A stretch of 64,000 nucleotides of DNA from an uncultured Bacilli bacterium (GTDB lineage Bacteria > Bacillota_I > Bacilli_A > RFN20 > CAG-826). The stretch is taken from contig CAKPNG010000004.1 in the NCBI GenBank assembly GCA_934168325.1, positions 873-64,872 on the forward strand, written 5' to 3'. How positions within the stretch are numbered: the first letter of the stretch is position 1; each line of letters begins with the position of its first letter. Positions 56,204-64,000 of this stretch are shown piece after piece. The notes beneath the pieces were generated by a model. It ran no database searches, had not been told where the DNA came from, and saw nothing but the letters and a program-made list of their open reading frames with translations. The translations under genes and the position numbers were made by a program.

Positions 56204-57541
56204 CTAAAAACCTCTAAAATTTGGTGGTAATCCACCAGATTTTTTATATCTATTCATCTGCTTCATCATTTCTTTAGATTGCTCATATTTCTTTAAAACT
56301 TTATTAATATCAGCAGCAGTTTTTCCACATCCTTTAGCAATTCTAACTTTACGAGAATTCTTTATTATTTCAGGATGAATCTTTTCTTCATAAGTCATTG
56401 AATTTAAAATTATTTCAAAGTTTTGCATTTCTTTTTCAGCCATTTCTTGTTGTTCTTTTGAAATTTTAGGCATACCTGGAATTAATTTTAAAAGTCCACC
56501 AAGACTACCAAGTTTTTTAATTTGTTTCATTTGATCAAGCATATCAATTAAAGTAAAGTTGCCACTAGTAAATTTCTCAACTGATTTTTTAGCTTGTTTT
56601 TCGTCGATGTTATCTTGAACTTTTTCAACAAGAGTTAAAACATCACCCATGCCTAAAATTCTACTAGCCATTCTATCTGGATAGAAAATATCTAAGTCAT
56701 CAAGTTTTTCACCAACACCGATAAATTTAATAGGAACGCCAGTTACTTCTTTAATTGATAAAGCAGCACCACCTCTACTATCGCCATCAAGTTTAGACAT
56801 GATAGTACCAGTTAAGCCAAGTAATTCATTAAAAGTTTTTGCGACATTAACACTATCTTGACCAGCCATAGCATCAGTTAATAATAATATTTCATCTGGA
56901 CTTAAGTTAGCTTTAATATTTTTAAGTTCATCCATCAATTTTTCATCAATTTGAAGACGACCAGCAGTATCAATAATTAATACATCATAATGAGAATTAT
57001 AAGCTTCTTCTTTAGCTTTAGTTGCTATTTCTACTGGATCAACTTTATCTCCCATTGAAAATAAAGGGACATTTATTTTTTTAGCGATTTGAGCTAATTG
57101 ATCGATAGCACCAGGTCTATAAATATCACAAGCAGCAAGAAGAACTTTCTTTTTAAGCTTATCTTTCATTAATTTAGCAAGTTTACCTGCAGTTGTAGTT
57201 TTACCACTACCTTGTAAACCAACTAACATAATGATTGTAGGTTTATTTTTATTATAATGAAGTTCACTACTATCACTACCTAATAATACTATTAATTCTT
57301 CATTAACAATTTTAACAAGCATTTCGCTTGGATTTAATTCAGTAAAAACTTTTTGTCCGATTGCTTTTTCTTTAATTCTATCTAAAAATGTTTTAACTAC
57401 TTTATAGTTAACATCTGCTTCTAATAAAGCTACTCTAATCTCTTTTAACATAGAGTCCATATTAGACTCTGTTAATTTAGCTTCACCTTTAATAGTTTTA
57501 AATATTCGTTTAAATTTTTCAGTTAAATTTTCAAATGCCAT
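56204..57541 (-). CDS. ffh: Signal recognition particle protein Ffh (SRP54)
   Basis: GLQGSGKTTTAGKLA, DTAGR, TKLDGD, and a Met-rich M-domain. Confidence 0.95.
   Translation of the reverse strand: MAFENLTEKFKRIFKTIKGEAKLTESNMDSMLKEIRVALLEADVNYKVVKTFLDRIKEKAIGQKVFTELNPSEMLVKIVNEELIVLLGSDSSELHYNKNKPTIIMLVGLQGSGKTTTAGKLAKLMKDKLKKKVLLAACDIYRPGAIDQLAQIAKKINVPLFSMGDKVDPVEIATKAKEEAYNSHYDVLIIDTAGRLQIDEKLMDELKNIKANLSPDEILLLTDAMAGQDSVNVAKTFNELLGLTGTIMSKLDGDSRGGAALSIKEVTGVPIKFIGVGEKLDDLDIFYPDRMASRILGMGDVLTLVEKVQDNIDEKQAKKSVEKFTSGNFTLIDMLDQMKQIKKLGSLGGLLKLIPGMPKISKEQQEMAEKEMQNFEIILNSMTYEEKIHPEIIKNSRKVRIAKGCGKTAADINKVLKKYEQSKEMMKQMNRYKKSGGLPPNFRGF
56216..56246 (+). terminator. Terminator for the plus-strand small ORF, embedded in the last codons of ffh
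   Basis: AAAATTTGGTGG-TAAT-CCACCAGATTTT, with 11 of 12 positions paired, followed by TT. Confidence 0.5.
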
Positions 57542-57543
57542 AA

Positions 57544-57861
57544 CTAATATAACTCCTTAAATATCTTTTCTTTAATCTTTTCAGTAAGATTTTCTTCATC
57601 TAATAATTTATTAAGATTAGAATATTTTTCATTTAATTTTAATTTATTTTCATATTCAAATAAATTATTTTTAGCATGATTTAGTGCATCTGATATTGCA
57701 GTTCTAGAAATATGTAAAATATCAGATATTTCACTTAAAGATAAATTATATAAATAATATTTATCCATTATTTCTATTTGTCTAGGAGTTAATAAATTTT
57801 TATATAATTCATATAGTTTATTAATATATTCAAATTCTTCAATATCACTCATCTTCATCAT
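57544..57861 (-). CDS. ylxM: YlxM (UPF0122) small HTH protein of the SRP operon
   Basis: LTPRQ..., LSLSEISDILHISRTAISD (a sigma-70 region-4-like HTH) and its position between ftsY and ffh. The start could instead be Met4 at 57852. Confidence 0.75.
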   Translation of the reverse strand: MMKMSDIEEFEYINKLYELYKNLLTPRQIEIMDKYYLYNLSLSEISDILHISRTAISDALNHAKNNLFEYENKLKLNEKYSNLNKLLDEENLTEKIKEKIFKELY

Positions 57862-58882
57862 CTAATAACTCTTTACATAATCCATATAAGTATTTATTTA
57901 AATCAAATACTTCTAAATCATCAATTTTTTCACCTAATCCCATAAATTTAACAGGGATATTTAATTCATCTTTAATAGCTAAAATAATACCACCTTTACT
58001 AGTGCCATCCATTTTAGTTATAACAATTCCATTTATATCAATTAATTCTTTAAAAGCTTTAGCTTGTAATACACCATTTTGACCAGTAGTAGCATCTAAA
58101 ACTAAATAACAATCGATAGGTTCTTTAATTTCTTTAGCAACAACTCTTTTAATTTTAGATAATTCATCCATTAAATGAGATTTATTTTGAAGTCTACCAG
58201 CTGTATCAATAATTATTAAATCATAATTATTTTCTTTTCCATATTTTACACCACTATAAGCAACACTAGCTGGATCTTCATTATCTTTACCAGTTACAAT
58301 TTCTGTATTTAATCTATTAGCCCATACAATAAGTTGTTCTTTAGCTCCAGCTCTAAAAGTATCAGCAGCAACTAATAATACTTTTTTACCCATTTTAATA
58401 TATCTATTAGCAAGTTTAGCAATTGAGGTAGTTTTACCAACTCCATTAACTCCAACTACTAATAAAACATGAGGTGTATGGGTGAAATCTAAATCAATAA
58501 AATTAGAATCTTCATCTTTATAATAATTAGAAAACATTTTAGTAATTAATAATTCATTAATTTTATTAGTATCCGTTATTTTTTCTTTTTTAACAGTATC
58601 TACTAAGTCTTCAATAATATTTAAAGTAAAATTAACACCACAATCAGCTTCAATTAATATCTCTTCTAAATCATTAAAATAATCTTCATCAATCTTTTTA
58701 GATTTAAATTTTTTATTTAATACTTTGATTCTATTAGAAAAATTTTCTCTAGATTTAGCTAATCCAGAATCATATTTTTTTACTTCATTTTCTGAATTTT
58801 GTTTGGATTCTGCAGGGTTTTCTAAATTATTAGCCTCTTTTTTCTTATCAAACTTATCTTTTAAAAACTTAAATAATCCCAT
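57845..58882 (-). CDS. ftsY: SRP receptor FtsY
   Basis: Amphipathic N-terminus MGLFKFLKDKF, GVNGVGKTTSIAKLA, DTAGR and TKMDGT. Confidence 0.95.
   Translation of the reverse strand: MGLFKFLKDKFDKKKEANNLENPAESKQNSENEVKKYDSGLAKSRENFSNRIKVLNKKFKSKKIDEDYFNDLEEILIEADCGVNFTLNIIEDLVDTVKKEKITDTNKINELLITKMFSNYYKDEDSNFIDLDFTHTPHVLLVVGVNGVGKTTSIAKLANRYIKMGKKVLLVAADTFRAGAKEQLIVWANRLNTEIVTGKDNEDPASVAYSGVKYGKENNYDLIIIDTAGRLQNKSHLMDELSKIKRVVAKEIKEPIDCYLVLDATTGQNGVLQAKAFKELIDINGIVITKMDGTSKGGIILAIKDELNIPVKFMGLGEKIDDLEVFDLNKYLYGLCKELLDDEDE
58803..58824 (+). repeat. Copy E of the dispersed motif family (antisense inside the variable N-terminal region of ftsY)
   Basis: TTGGATTCTGCAGGGTTTTCTA. Its 14-mer at 58808-58821 is identical to 44060-44073. 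Confidence 0.65.
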
Positions 58883-58884
58883 AA

Positions 58885-59574
58885 TTATAATGTCGCCTTT
58901 TTACTTAATGCATCTTTAGCAGCTCTTTGTGCTGCTTCTTTTTTACTTTTACCAACACCTACTCCTAAGACAATATCATTAAAAGTAACTGCTACTTTAA
59001 ATGTTCTATCATGAGGTGGTCCATTTTCTTCTAAAGTCTTATATACAACTGATTCACGATATTCAGCTTGCATAGCTTCTTGTAATAATGATTTATAATC
59101 TTTATAATCATCTGACTTAAAATTAATAACTTCATTTTCAAATACTTTAGTAATAAATTGAATACAAAATTCGATGCCTTGATCAATATACATTGCACCA
59201 ATTACTGCTTCAAATACATCTTCTAAAATATTGTGATTTTTACTAGCTTCTTCAAAACTTAAAGAGTGACCTGCTCTAATAAATTCATCATATCCTAATT
59301 CTTTAGCAAATTTTGCTAAAGACATTGATTGAACTAAAGTTGATTTCATTCTAGTCATATTGCCTTCTTCCATTTCTGGATGATGTTTAAATATTAAACT
59401 AGCTACAACAAAACCTAAAACACTATCACCCATAAATTCAAGTCGTTCATAATCATGATGATGAGTTTTAGCATCACTATTAAAACTAGAATGAGTAAAA
59501 GCTCTTTCGTATAACTCTTTATTTTTAGTTTTAATGTTAAACTTATCTAGAAAAATATTAATATCTTTCTTCAT
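58885..59574 (-). CDS. rnc: Ribonuclease III
   Basis: ERLEFMGDSVLG signature and a C-terminal dsRBD (GPPHDRTF...GKSKKEAAQRAA). Confidence 0.95.
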   Translation of the reverse strand: MKKDINIFLDKFNIKTKNKELYERAFTHSSFNSDAKTHHHDYERLEFMGDSVLGFVVASLIFKHHPEMEEGNMTRMKSTLVQSMSLAKFAKELGYDEFIRAGHSLSFEEASKNHNILEDVFEAVIGAMYIDQGIEFCIQFITKVFENEVINFKSDDYKDYKSLLQEAMQAEYRESVVYKTLEENGPPHDRTFKVAVTFNDIVLGVGVGKSKKEAAQRAAKDALSKKATL

Positions 59575-60554
59575 TATATCTTTTCCTTAATTTTATTGAT
59601 TATATCTACATTTACTAATTTATAAGCTACATTTAATGCACTTAAAAATGACTTAGGATCACTACTTCCATGAGCTTTAATAACTACACCATTAACTCCA
59701 ATTAACATAGCTCCACCAACGTTTTTATAATCCATTGTTTCTTTTAATTCATTGATACCTTTTTTAGAGAATAAATAACCAATCATTGTTAATAAATTTC
59801 TTTTAAAAGCTTTTTTAAGCATACTAGACATAGCTTTAGCAGTACCTTCCATAGTTTTTAAGAAAATATTACCACTATAACCATCAGTAACTAATACATC
59901 TACTTCACCAAATAAAGGGTCTCTACCTTCAATATTACCTTTAAAATTAATATGTTTATTTTCTTTTAATAATTCGTAAGTTTCTTTATTAACTTCAGTT
60001 CCTTTTTCACTTTCAGTACCAATATTTAATTGATAAACTCGAGGATTTTCTTGATCATTAAATAAAGATTTATAATATATAGAACCCATAATAGCAAATT
60101 GATTTAATTCTTCTTTATTACAAATTGTATTAGCACCTAAATCGCACATAACAAATTTTTTATTTTTAATAATTGTAGGAAATGGAGTAATTAAAGCTGG
60201 TCTAATAATACCTGGCATTCTTTTAATTTTAAAAGTAGCTGCAGTTAATAAAGCTCCAGTACTTCCTGCACTAATAAAAGCATCACAATTATTTTCTAAA
60301 TAAGTTTTAATACCTACCATTAAACTTGATTCTTTATCTTTCATCGCGCTCATTGGATCAGCATCCATTTTAACAATAGTTTTAGATTCAATAAGGTGAA
60401 TATGTTCAGATTCATTAAAGTTTTCTTTTAATTCTTTAATTGAACCTATTAAATAAATATCAAGATCTTTATGTTCATTTATAAAATTTTTAGTAGCAGG
60501 GATAGTAGCTTCTAATCCATTATCTCCACCCATCATATCAATAACAATTTTCAT
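59574..60554 (-). CDS. plsX: Phosphate acyltransferase PlsX
   Basis: MKIVIDMMGGDNG start with GAAGGAG 9 nt upstream. The longer track start at 60572 contains that SD. Also GSTGA and VIKAHGSS. Confidence 0.9.
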   Translation of the reverse strand: MKIVIDMMGGDNGLEATIPATKNFINEHKDLDIYLIGSIKELKENFNESEHIHLIESKTIVKMDADPMSAMKDKESSLMVGIKTYLENNCDAFISAGSTGALLTAATFKIKRMPGIIRPALITPFPTIIKNKKFVMCDLGANTICNKEELNQFAIMGSIYYKSLFNDQENPRVYQLNIGTESEKGTEVNKETYELLKENKHINFKGNIEGRDPLFGEVDVLVTDGYSGNIFLKTMEGTAKAMSSMLKKAFKRNLLTMIGYLFSKKGINELKETMDYKNVGGAMLIGVNGVVIKAHGSSDPKSFLSALNVAYKLVNVDIINKIKEKI

Positions 60555-60846
60555 ACAAAAAAACTCCTTCATTAATTATATAAGAAATTGAAATATTATT
60601 CATTAACAATAAATCAATTAACATTTATAAAAACTAACTTTTAGTTATTTTTTATAAAAAATTTTTATCAAATTTTATTGTTTTAAATAGAATTATTTTA
60701 AAAATTATACGATTTAATCAATATTATTTATATTTTATTAATAAGAAATTAAGACAATATTGTGTATAATGCTTTTATTATTGAAATCATATTTAATTAT
60801 CGTGTTGACATTATTTTTTAAGTCAACAGATTTAGGAGAAACATAT

Positions 60847-62400
60847 ATGAAAAAGAGAATTTTAGCCCTCAGTTTATTGGCTTTAGTCGGAGTTACAGGT
60901 TGTAATAAGGAAGAACCTACTCCAAAGGTAGAAGTATCTAATGAACTAACTACCGAATTATTAGAATCCTTACAAGGAAGTGTTGAACTTGAAGGTGTAG
61001 CAAATATTAAATACGGTAAAGCAGATAATATTACTGATATTACCGTTTCTTATACTGATAGTTCTTATTACTATAACGGTTATGATACAGTAAATAAGAG
61101 TTATAACATTGGTCAAATTTATAAAATGGGCGGTGTTCCTACTTTAGTTCTTGTTAATAATAAAAATGAATATATTTATAAAGAAAGAAAAGACAATAAA
61201 GGTAATATTGAAAGCTGGGATACATATGCTAACCCATTTAAAGGTTTATCAGTATTTGACTTTGTTAAAGATGAAACTAAAGATGGCTTATATCACTATT
61301 TAACATATACAGATACTCAAAAGAGTTTTGTTATTAGTTTATGTAAATCACTTACTGCTTATACTGTTCCTGAATTTGAAGATTTTACTATTCAAGTTAT
61401 TGATGGACAAGTAAATAGAATCTCATTTGTATCAACTGTTGAAGCTAGTGCATTTGGTGATTCACAATTCTTTGCTGATTTTGGTGTAAAAGCTATTGGT
61501 AATGAAGTTAAACCTAAAGCATTCCCAGATAAATTTGAACATAAACCAGAACATGATAAAATAGCTGCAGCTTTAAAGAAATTAAATACAGTTCCTGTTA
61601 GTGGTGTTACTACTGTTAAAGAAACTTATACTGGTAAATGGGAAGATGCTACAGATTCTCCATATAAATTTGCTTATACAGATTCTTATTGTTTAGTTAC
61701 CGATGAAAGTTATCAAAATGGTAGTGGCTATGTTGTAGTTGATGGTGAAGCTTATGAAGTTAAATATGAAGTAGGTAAAGATGGTGCAGCTACATATACT
61801 AAAAAATTCTTTGCTACTAAAGATAAAGATGGTAATGCTATTACAACTTTAGCTGGTTATAGAGGCGATATAGAATATTTAGTAGCTGAATTATTTGAAG
61901 TTAGAGATGATAAACACTTTGTTTATGAAGGTGATTATACAAAATATGCTTCTTATTACTATTCTTTAACTTCAAATCCATATGCTCAACAATGTAGACA
62001 TATTGAAATTACATTAAATGATAATTATGATATCGAAGAAATTTATATGACTGACGATGAATATTATAAAGTTAATGTAAAAATTGAAAAATATGGCGAT
62101 GCAGTTACTGCTCCTTGGGCTGAAGCTGGTTTAATTAATGAAGAAGATCCTAGATTAAAATTTGTTGGAACATTTACTGGTAAAGTTGATGAAGCAACTA
62201 CTGTTAAAGTTGTAGTTAGTGCAGATCATAAGATTACTTTAGATGGTAAAGAAGCAACTGAAGTTACCTATAATCAAAGAAATGATAAATTTACATTCAA
62301 AGTTGATAATATTGAATATGATTTAAAACAAAATTGGAAGGGTGTATATCAACTTTATAATAAATCTAATTTTAAAACTACAGATCTTACTAAAGAATAA
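60847..62400 (+). CDS. Lipoprotein, unknown function
   Basis: RBS TAGGAGAA and lipobox GVTGC. The track N-terminal extension from 60760 is rejected. Confidence 0.65.
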   Translation: MKKRILALSLLALVGVTGCNKEEPTPKVEVSNELTTELLESLQGSVELEGVANIKYGKADNITDITVSYTDSSYYYNGYDTVNKSYNIGQIYKMGGVPTLVLVNNKNEYIYKERKDNKGNIESWDTYANPFKGLSVFDFVKDETKDGLYHYLTYTDTQKSFVISLCKSLTAYTVPEFEDFTIQVIDGQVNRISFVSTVEASAFGDSQFFADFGVKAIGNEVKPKAFPDKFEHKPEHDKIAAALKKLNTVPVSGVTTVKETYTGKWEDATDSPYKFAYTDSYCLVTDESYQNGSGYVVVDGEAYEVKYEVGKDGAATYTKKFFATKDKDGNAITTLAGYRGDIEYLVAELFEVRDDKHFVYEGDYTKYASYYYSLTSNPYAQQCRHIEITLNDNYDIEEIYMTDDEYYKVNVKIEKYGDAVTAPWAEAGLINEEDPRLKFVGTFTGKVDEATTVKVVVSADHKITLDGKEATEVTYNQRNDKFTFKVDNIEYDLKQNWKGVYQLYNKSNFKTTDLTKE

Positions 62401-62409
62401 ATTATTACT

Positions 62410-62437
62410 AAAAGCGAATTGCAAAATTCGCTTTTTT
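62410..62437 (+). terminator. Rho-independent terminator
   Basis: AAAAGCGAATT-GCAA-AATTCGCTTTT followed by TT. Confidence 0.65.
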
Positions 62438-62540
62438 AATTATTTATATTAATTTTTATAATTAATATATTAATAAATAGCACTTTTATATCTTAATTAA
62501 ATATTATAATAAGTAAGATATTAAGGAGTTATTGTATTAT

Positions 62541-63257
62541 ATGGAAGTAATTATATTAGATAATAAGATAGATATAGGATTAGCTATTGCTAAAGAAATA
62601 ATAAAAGATATAAAAAATAATCCTAAATTAAATTTAGGATTAGCAACTGGTAGTAGTCCCTTACCTTTATATAAATCATTAATAGAATTATCTAAATTAG
62701 AAAATATATCTTTTAAAGATATTACTACTTTTAATTTAGATGAATATTGTGGATTAAGTAATGATAATAAAGAGTCTTATCATTACTTTATGAATGAGAA
62801 TTTATTTAAATATTTAGATTTTTCTAATAATAGTCATTATTTTCCTTCTATAGATAATGTAAATAATTATGATGAAATTATTAATAATCATGGAGGTATT
62901 GATATTCAAATATTAGGAATAGGAGCTAATGGACATATTGCTTTTAATGAGCCTAATACTCCTATAGATAGTGTAACTCATATTACTAATTTAGCTAATA
63001 AAACTATCTTAGATAATTCTAGATTCTTTTCTAATATTAATGAAGTACCTACTAAAGCTATTACTATGGGTTTATCTACTATATTAAAAGCTAAGAAAAT
63101 ATATTTAATAGCAACAGGTAAAAATAAAGCTGAAGCTATTTCTATAATGCTAAAAGGTAAATATATTAAAGAATGTCCAGCTAGTGCATTAAATCTAAAA
63201 AAAGATAATGTTTATATCTATTTAGATAAAGATGCAGCTAGCTTAATTTCTAAATAA
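62541..63257 (+). CDS. nagB: Glucosamine-6-phosphate deaminase NagB
   Basis: LGLATGSSP, FNLDEY and GIGANGHIAFNEP. ATG at 62541 lies 12 nt after AAGGAG. Confidence 0.9.
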   Translation: MEVIILDNKIDIGLAIAKEIIKDIKNNPKLNLGLATGSSPLPLYKSLIELSKLENISFKDITTFNLDEYCGLSNDNKESYHYFMNENLFKYLDFSNNSHYFPSIDNVNNYDEIINNHGGIDIQILGIGANGHIAFNEPNTPIDSVTHITNLANKTILDNSRFFSNINEVPTKAITMGLSTILKAKKIYLIATGKNKAEAISIMLKGKYIKECPASALNLKKDNVYIYLDKDAASLISK

Positions 63258-63283
63258 TTTTTAAAAATTACTGGGTTTTTGAG

Positions 63284-63311
63284 GGCTTTTTACTTAAAAA
63301 GAGCCTTTTTT
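63284..63311 (+). terminator. Terminator after nagB
   Basis: GGCTTTTT-ACTT-AAAAAGAGCC (one bulge) followed by TTTTTT. It overlaps the stop of the convergent gene. Confidence 0.5.
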
Positions 63312-63975
63312 ATTGAGTAACTACTTCTTTTATTTCTTCTTTTCTTTTAAAATTACCATCTTCTACTCCACCAACTTTAAAAGCTTTAAAGATAGTGAAA
63401 TATACTAAAGGAGTAACAACCATCGAAGCAATAATTTCAAATAGAGCACCTAAAGAAATGAAAGTTCCAACAAAAGTAACGAATGTAAAACTCTTAATCA
63501 TTTCACCTAAACCAAGTGCTCTAGAAATATAAAATGGATCTAATATGCCAAATATATACCAAAATAAAACAACTACTACAGTATGGAATAAAGTTAATAC
63601 TCCACTAGCTGGTAATACTAAAGAGCTATAAACTTTTTGACTACAATATTTTTTAAGTAAATCAAAAACTAATCCACTAACTCCACCAAATATCATACGT
63701 GGAATAATTGATATAAATGGATTTAAAAAGAAATAATTTCCAGTTCCTGGATATTGAATAGCTTTTAATAAAGAAAATAAACCCATAATAAAGCCATATA
63801 ATAAGCCCTTCTTCCATCCAAATAAGCTAGTTCCAATTAATACTAAAATATGAATTGTAGTAAAACTAACAAATCCAATATTGATATATCCTAAATAATC
63901 AACAAACGTAAATAATATAATTAACGCAATAAACATTGCATCATAAGCGATATTTTTAATAACTTTATTTTTCAT
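63310..63975 (-). CDS. ECF-transporter S component-like membrane protein (substrate unknown)
   Basis: 221 aa with about 6 TM helices. The N-terminal pattern IAYDAMFIALIILF... and the G-rich helices are typical of vitamin ECF S units. Confidence 0.4.
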   Translation of the reverse strand: MKNKVIKNIAYDAMFIALIILFTFVDYLGYINIGFVSFTTIHILVLIGTSLFGWKKGLLYGFIMGLFSLLKAIQYPGTGNYFFLNPFISIIPRMIFGGVSGLVFDLLKKYCSQKVYSSLVLPASGVLTLFHTVVVVLFWYIFGILDPFYISRALGLGEMIKSFTFVTFVGTFISLGALFEIIASMVVTPLVYFTIFKAFKVGGVEDGNFKRKEEIKEVVTQ

Positions 63976-64000
63976 ACGAATTCCTCTTATAAATTTCTAA

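Noticed and set aside
59303-59319. Perfect 17-nt palindrome TTAGCAAATTTTGCTAA inside rnc.
   Set aside because: It encodes the palindromic peptide LAKFAKEL in a conserved gene, and there is no regulatory context. It is most simply a by-product of coding.
63273-63295. GGGTTTTTGAGGGCTTTTTACTT as another copy of the dispersed motif.
   Set aside because: It is better explained as one arm of the nagB terminator hairpin. Similarity to the motif core is weak because the TGCA centre is missing.
1-64000. Alternative genetic code (TGA = Trp), as in Mycoplasma and Spiroplasma, given the mollicute-like gene content.
   Set aside because: All conserved genes give full-length products under the standard code and Trp positions use TGG. 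Recoding TGA is not required. This fits Acholeplasma, Anaeroplasma or Erysipelotrichia-like lineages.
1-64000. CRISPR arrays, transposases or IS elements, integrases, prophage or defence-system genes, rRNA and tRNA genes.
   Set aside because: No regularly spaced direct repeats, no recombinase or transposase motifs in any ORF, and no G+C-rich structured segments in the intergenic regions. The only repeats found are the short dispersed motif and intragenic domain repeats.

Overview
Very AT-rich bacterial chromosome segment read with the standard code: long ORFs are intact, Trp is TGG, and TGA is not needed as a sense codon. Gene content looks like a reduced, probably wall-less Mollicutes/Erysipelotrichia-like gut organism. 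It includes 13 lipobox lipoproteins, membrane-anchored rather than sortase-anchored surface proteins, mollicute-style expanded Opp proteins, a diacylglycerol-glycosyltransferase-like gene and a bile-salt-hydrolase-like gene. Layout: (1) 85-5392, a translationally coupled U32 / anion permease / chorismate mutase operon, divergent from a second, long U32 gene. (2) 6940-37692, a 31-kb minus-strand surface block of ten lipoproteins (BIG2, BspA-type LRR and Listeria-Bacteroides-repeat domains), a 1351-aa S8 cell-envelope protease and oppABCDF. (3) 37822-46655, sufCDSUB fused without gaps to mnmG-rsmG-parA-parB. (4) 46844-50633, two tandem PrsA-like lipoproteins, followed by a HIT gene. (5) 51227-60554, yhaM, glycolipid genes, an Ntn amidase, and a compressed plsX-rnc-ftsY-ylxM-ffh string. 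(6) another lipoprotein, nagB and an ECF S-component. I saw no rRNA, tRNA, CRISPR array, transposase or prophage genes. Most interesting observations: the U32/permease/chorismate-mutase module as a possible prephenate supply for O2-independent RNA hydroxylases; a dispersed 20-30 nt repeat (AATAATGAGGTTCTGCAAGGTTATTT family) found in both intergenic and coding DNA; the protease + Opp + lipoprotein locus, whose two ATPases carry coiled-coil insertions at different positions; a ParB with a degenerate GERRxRA CTP-binding motif; and split-parvulin PrsA-like lipoproteins. All functional calls come from motif reading by eye. No database search was run.
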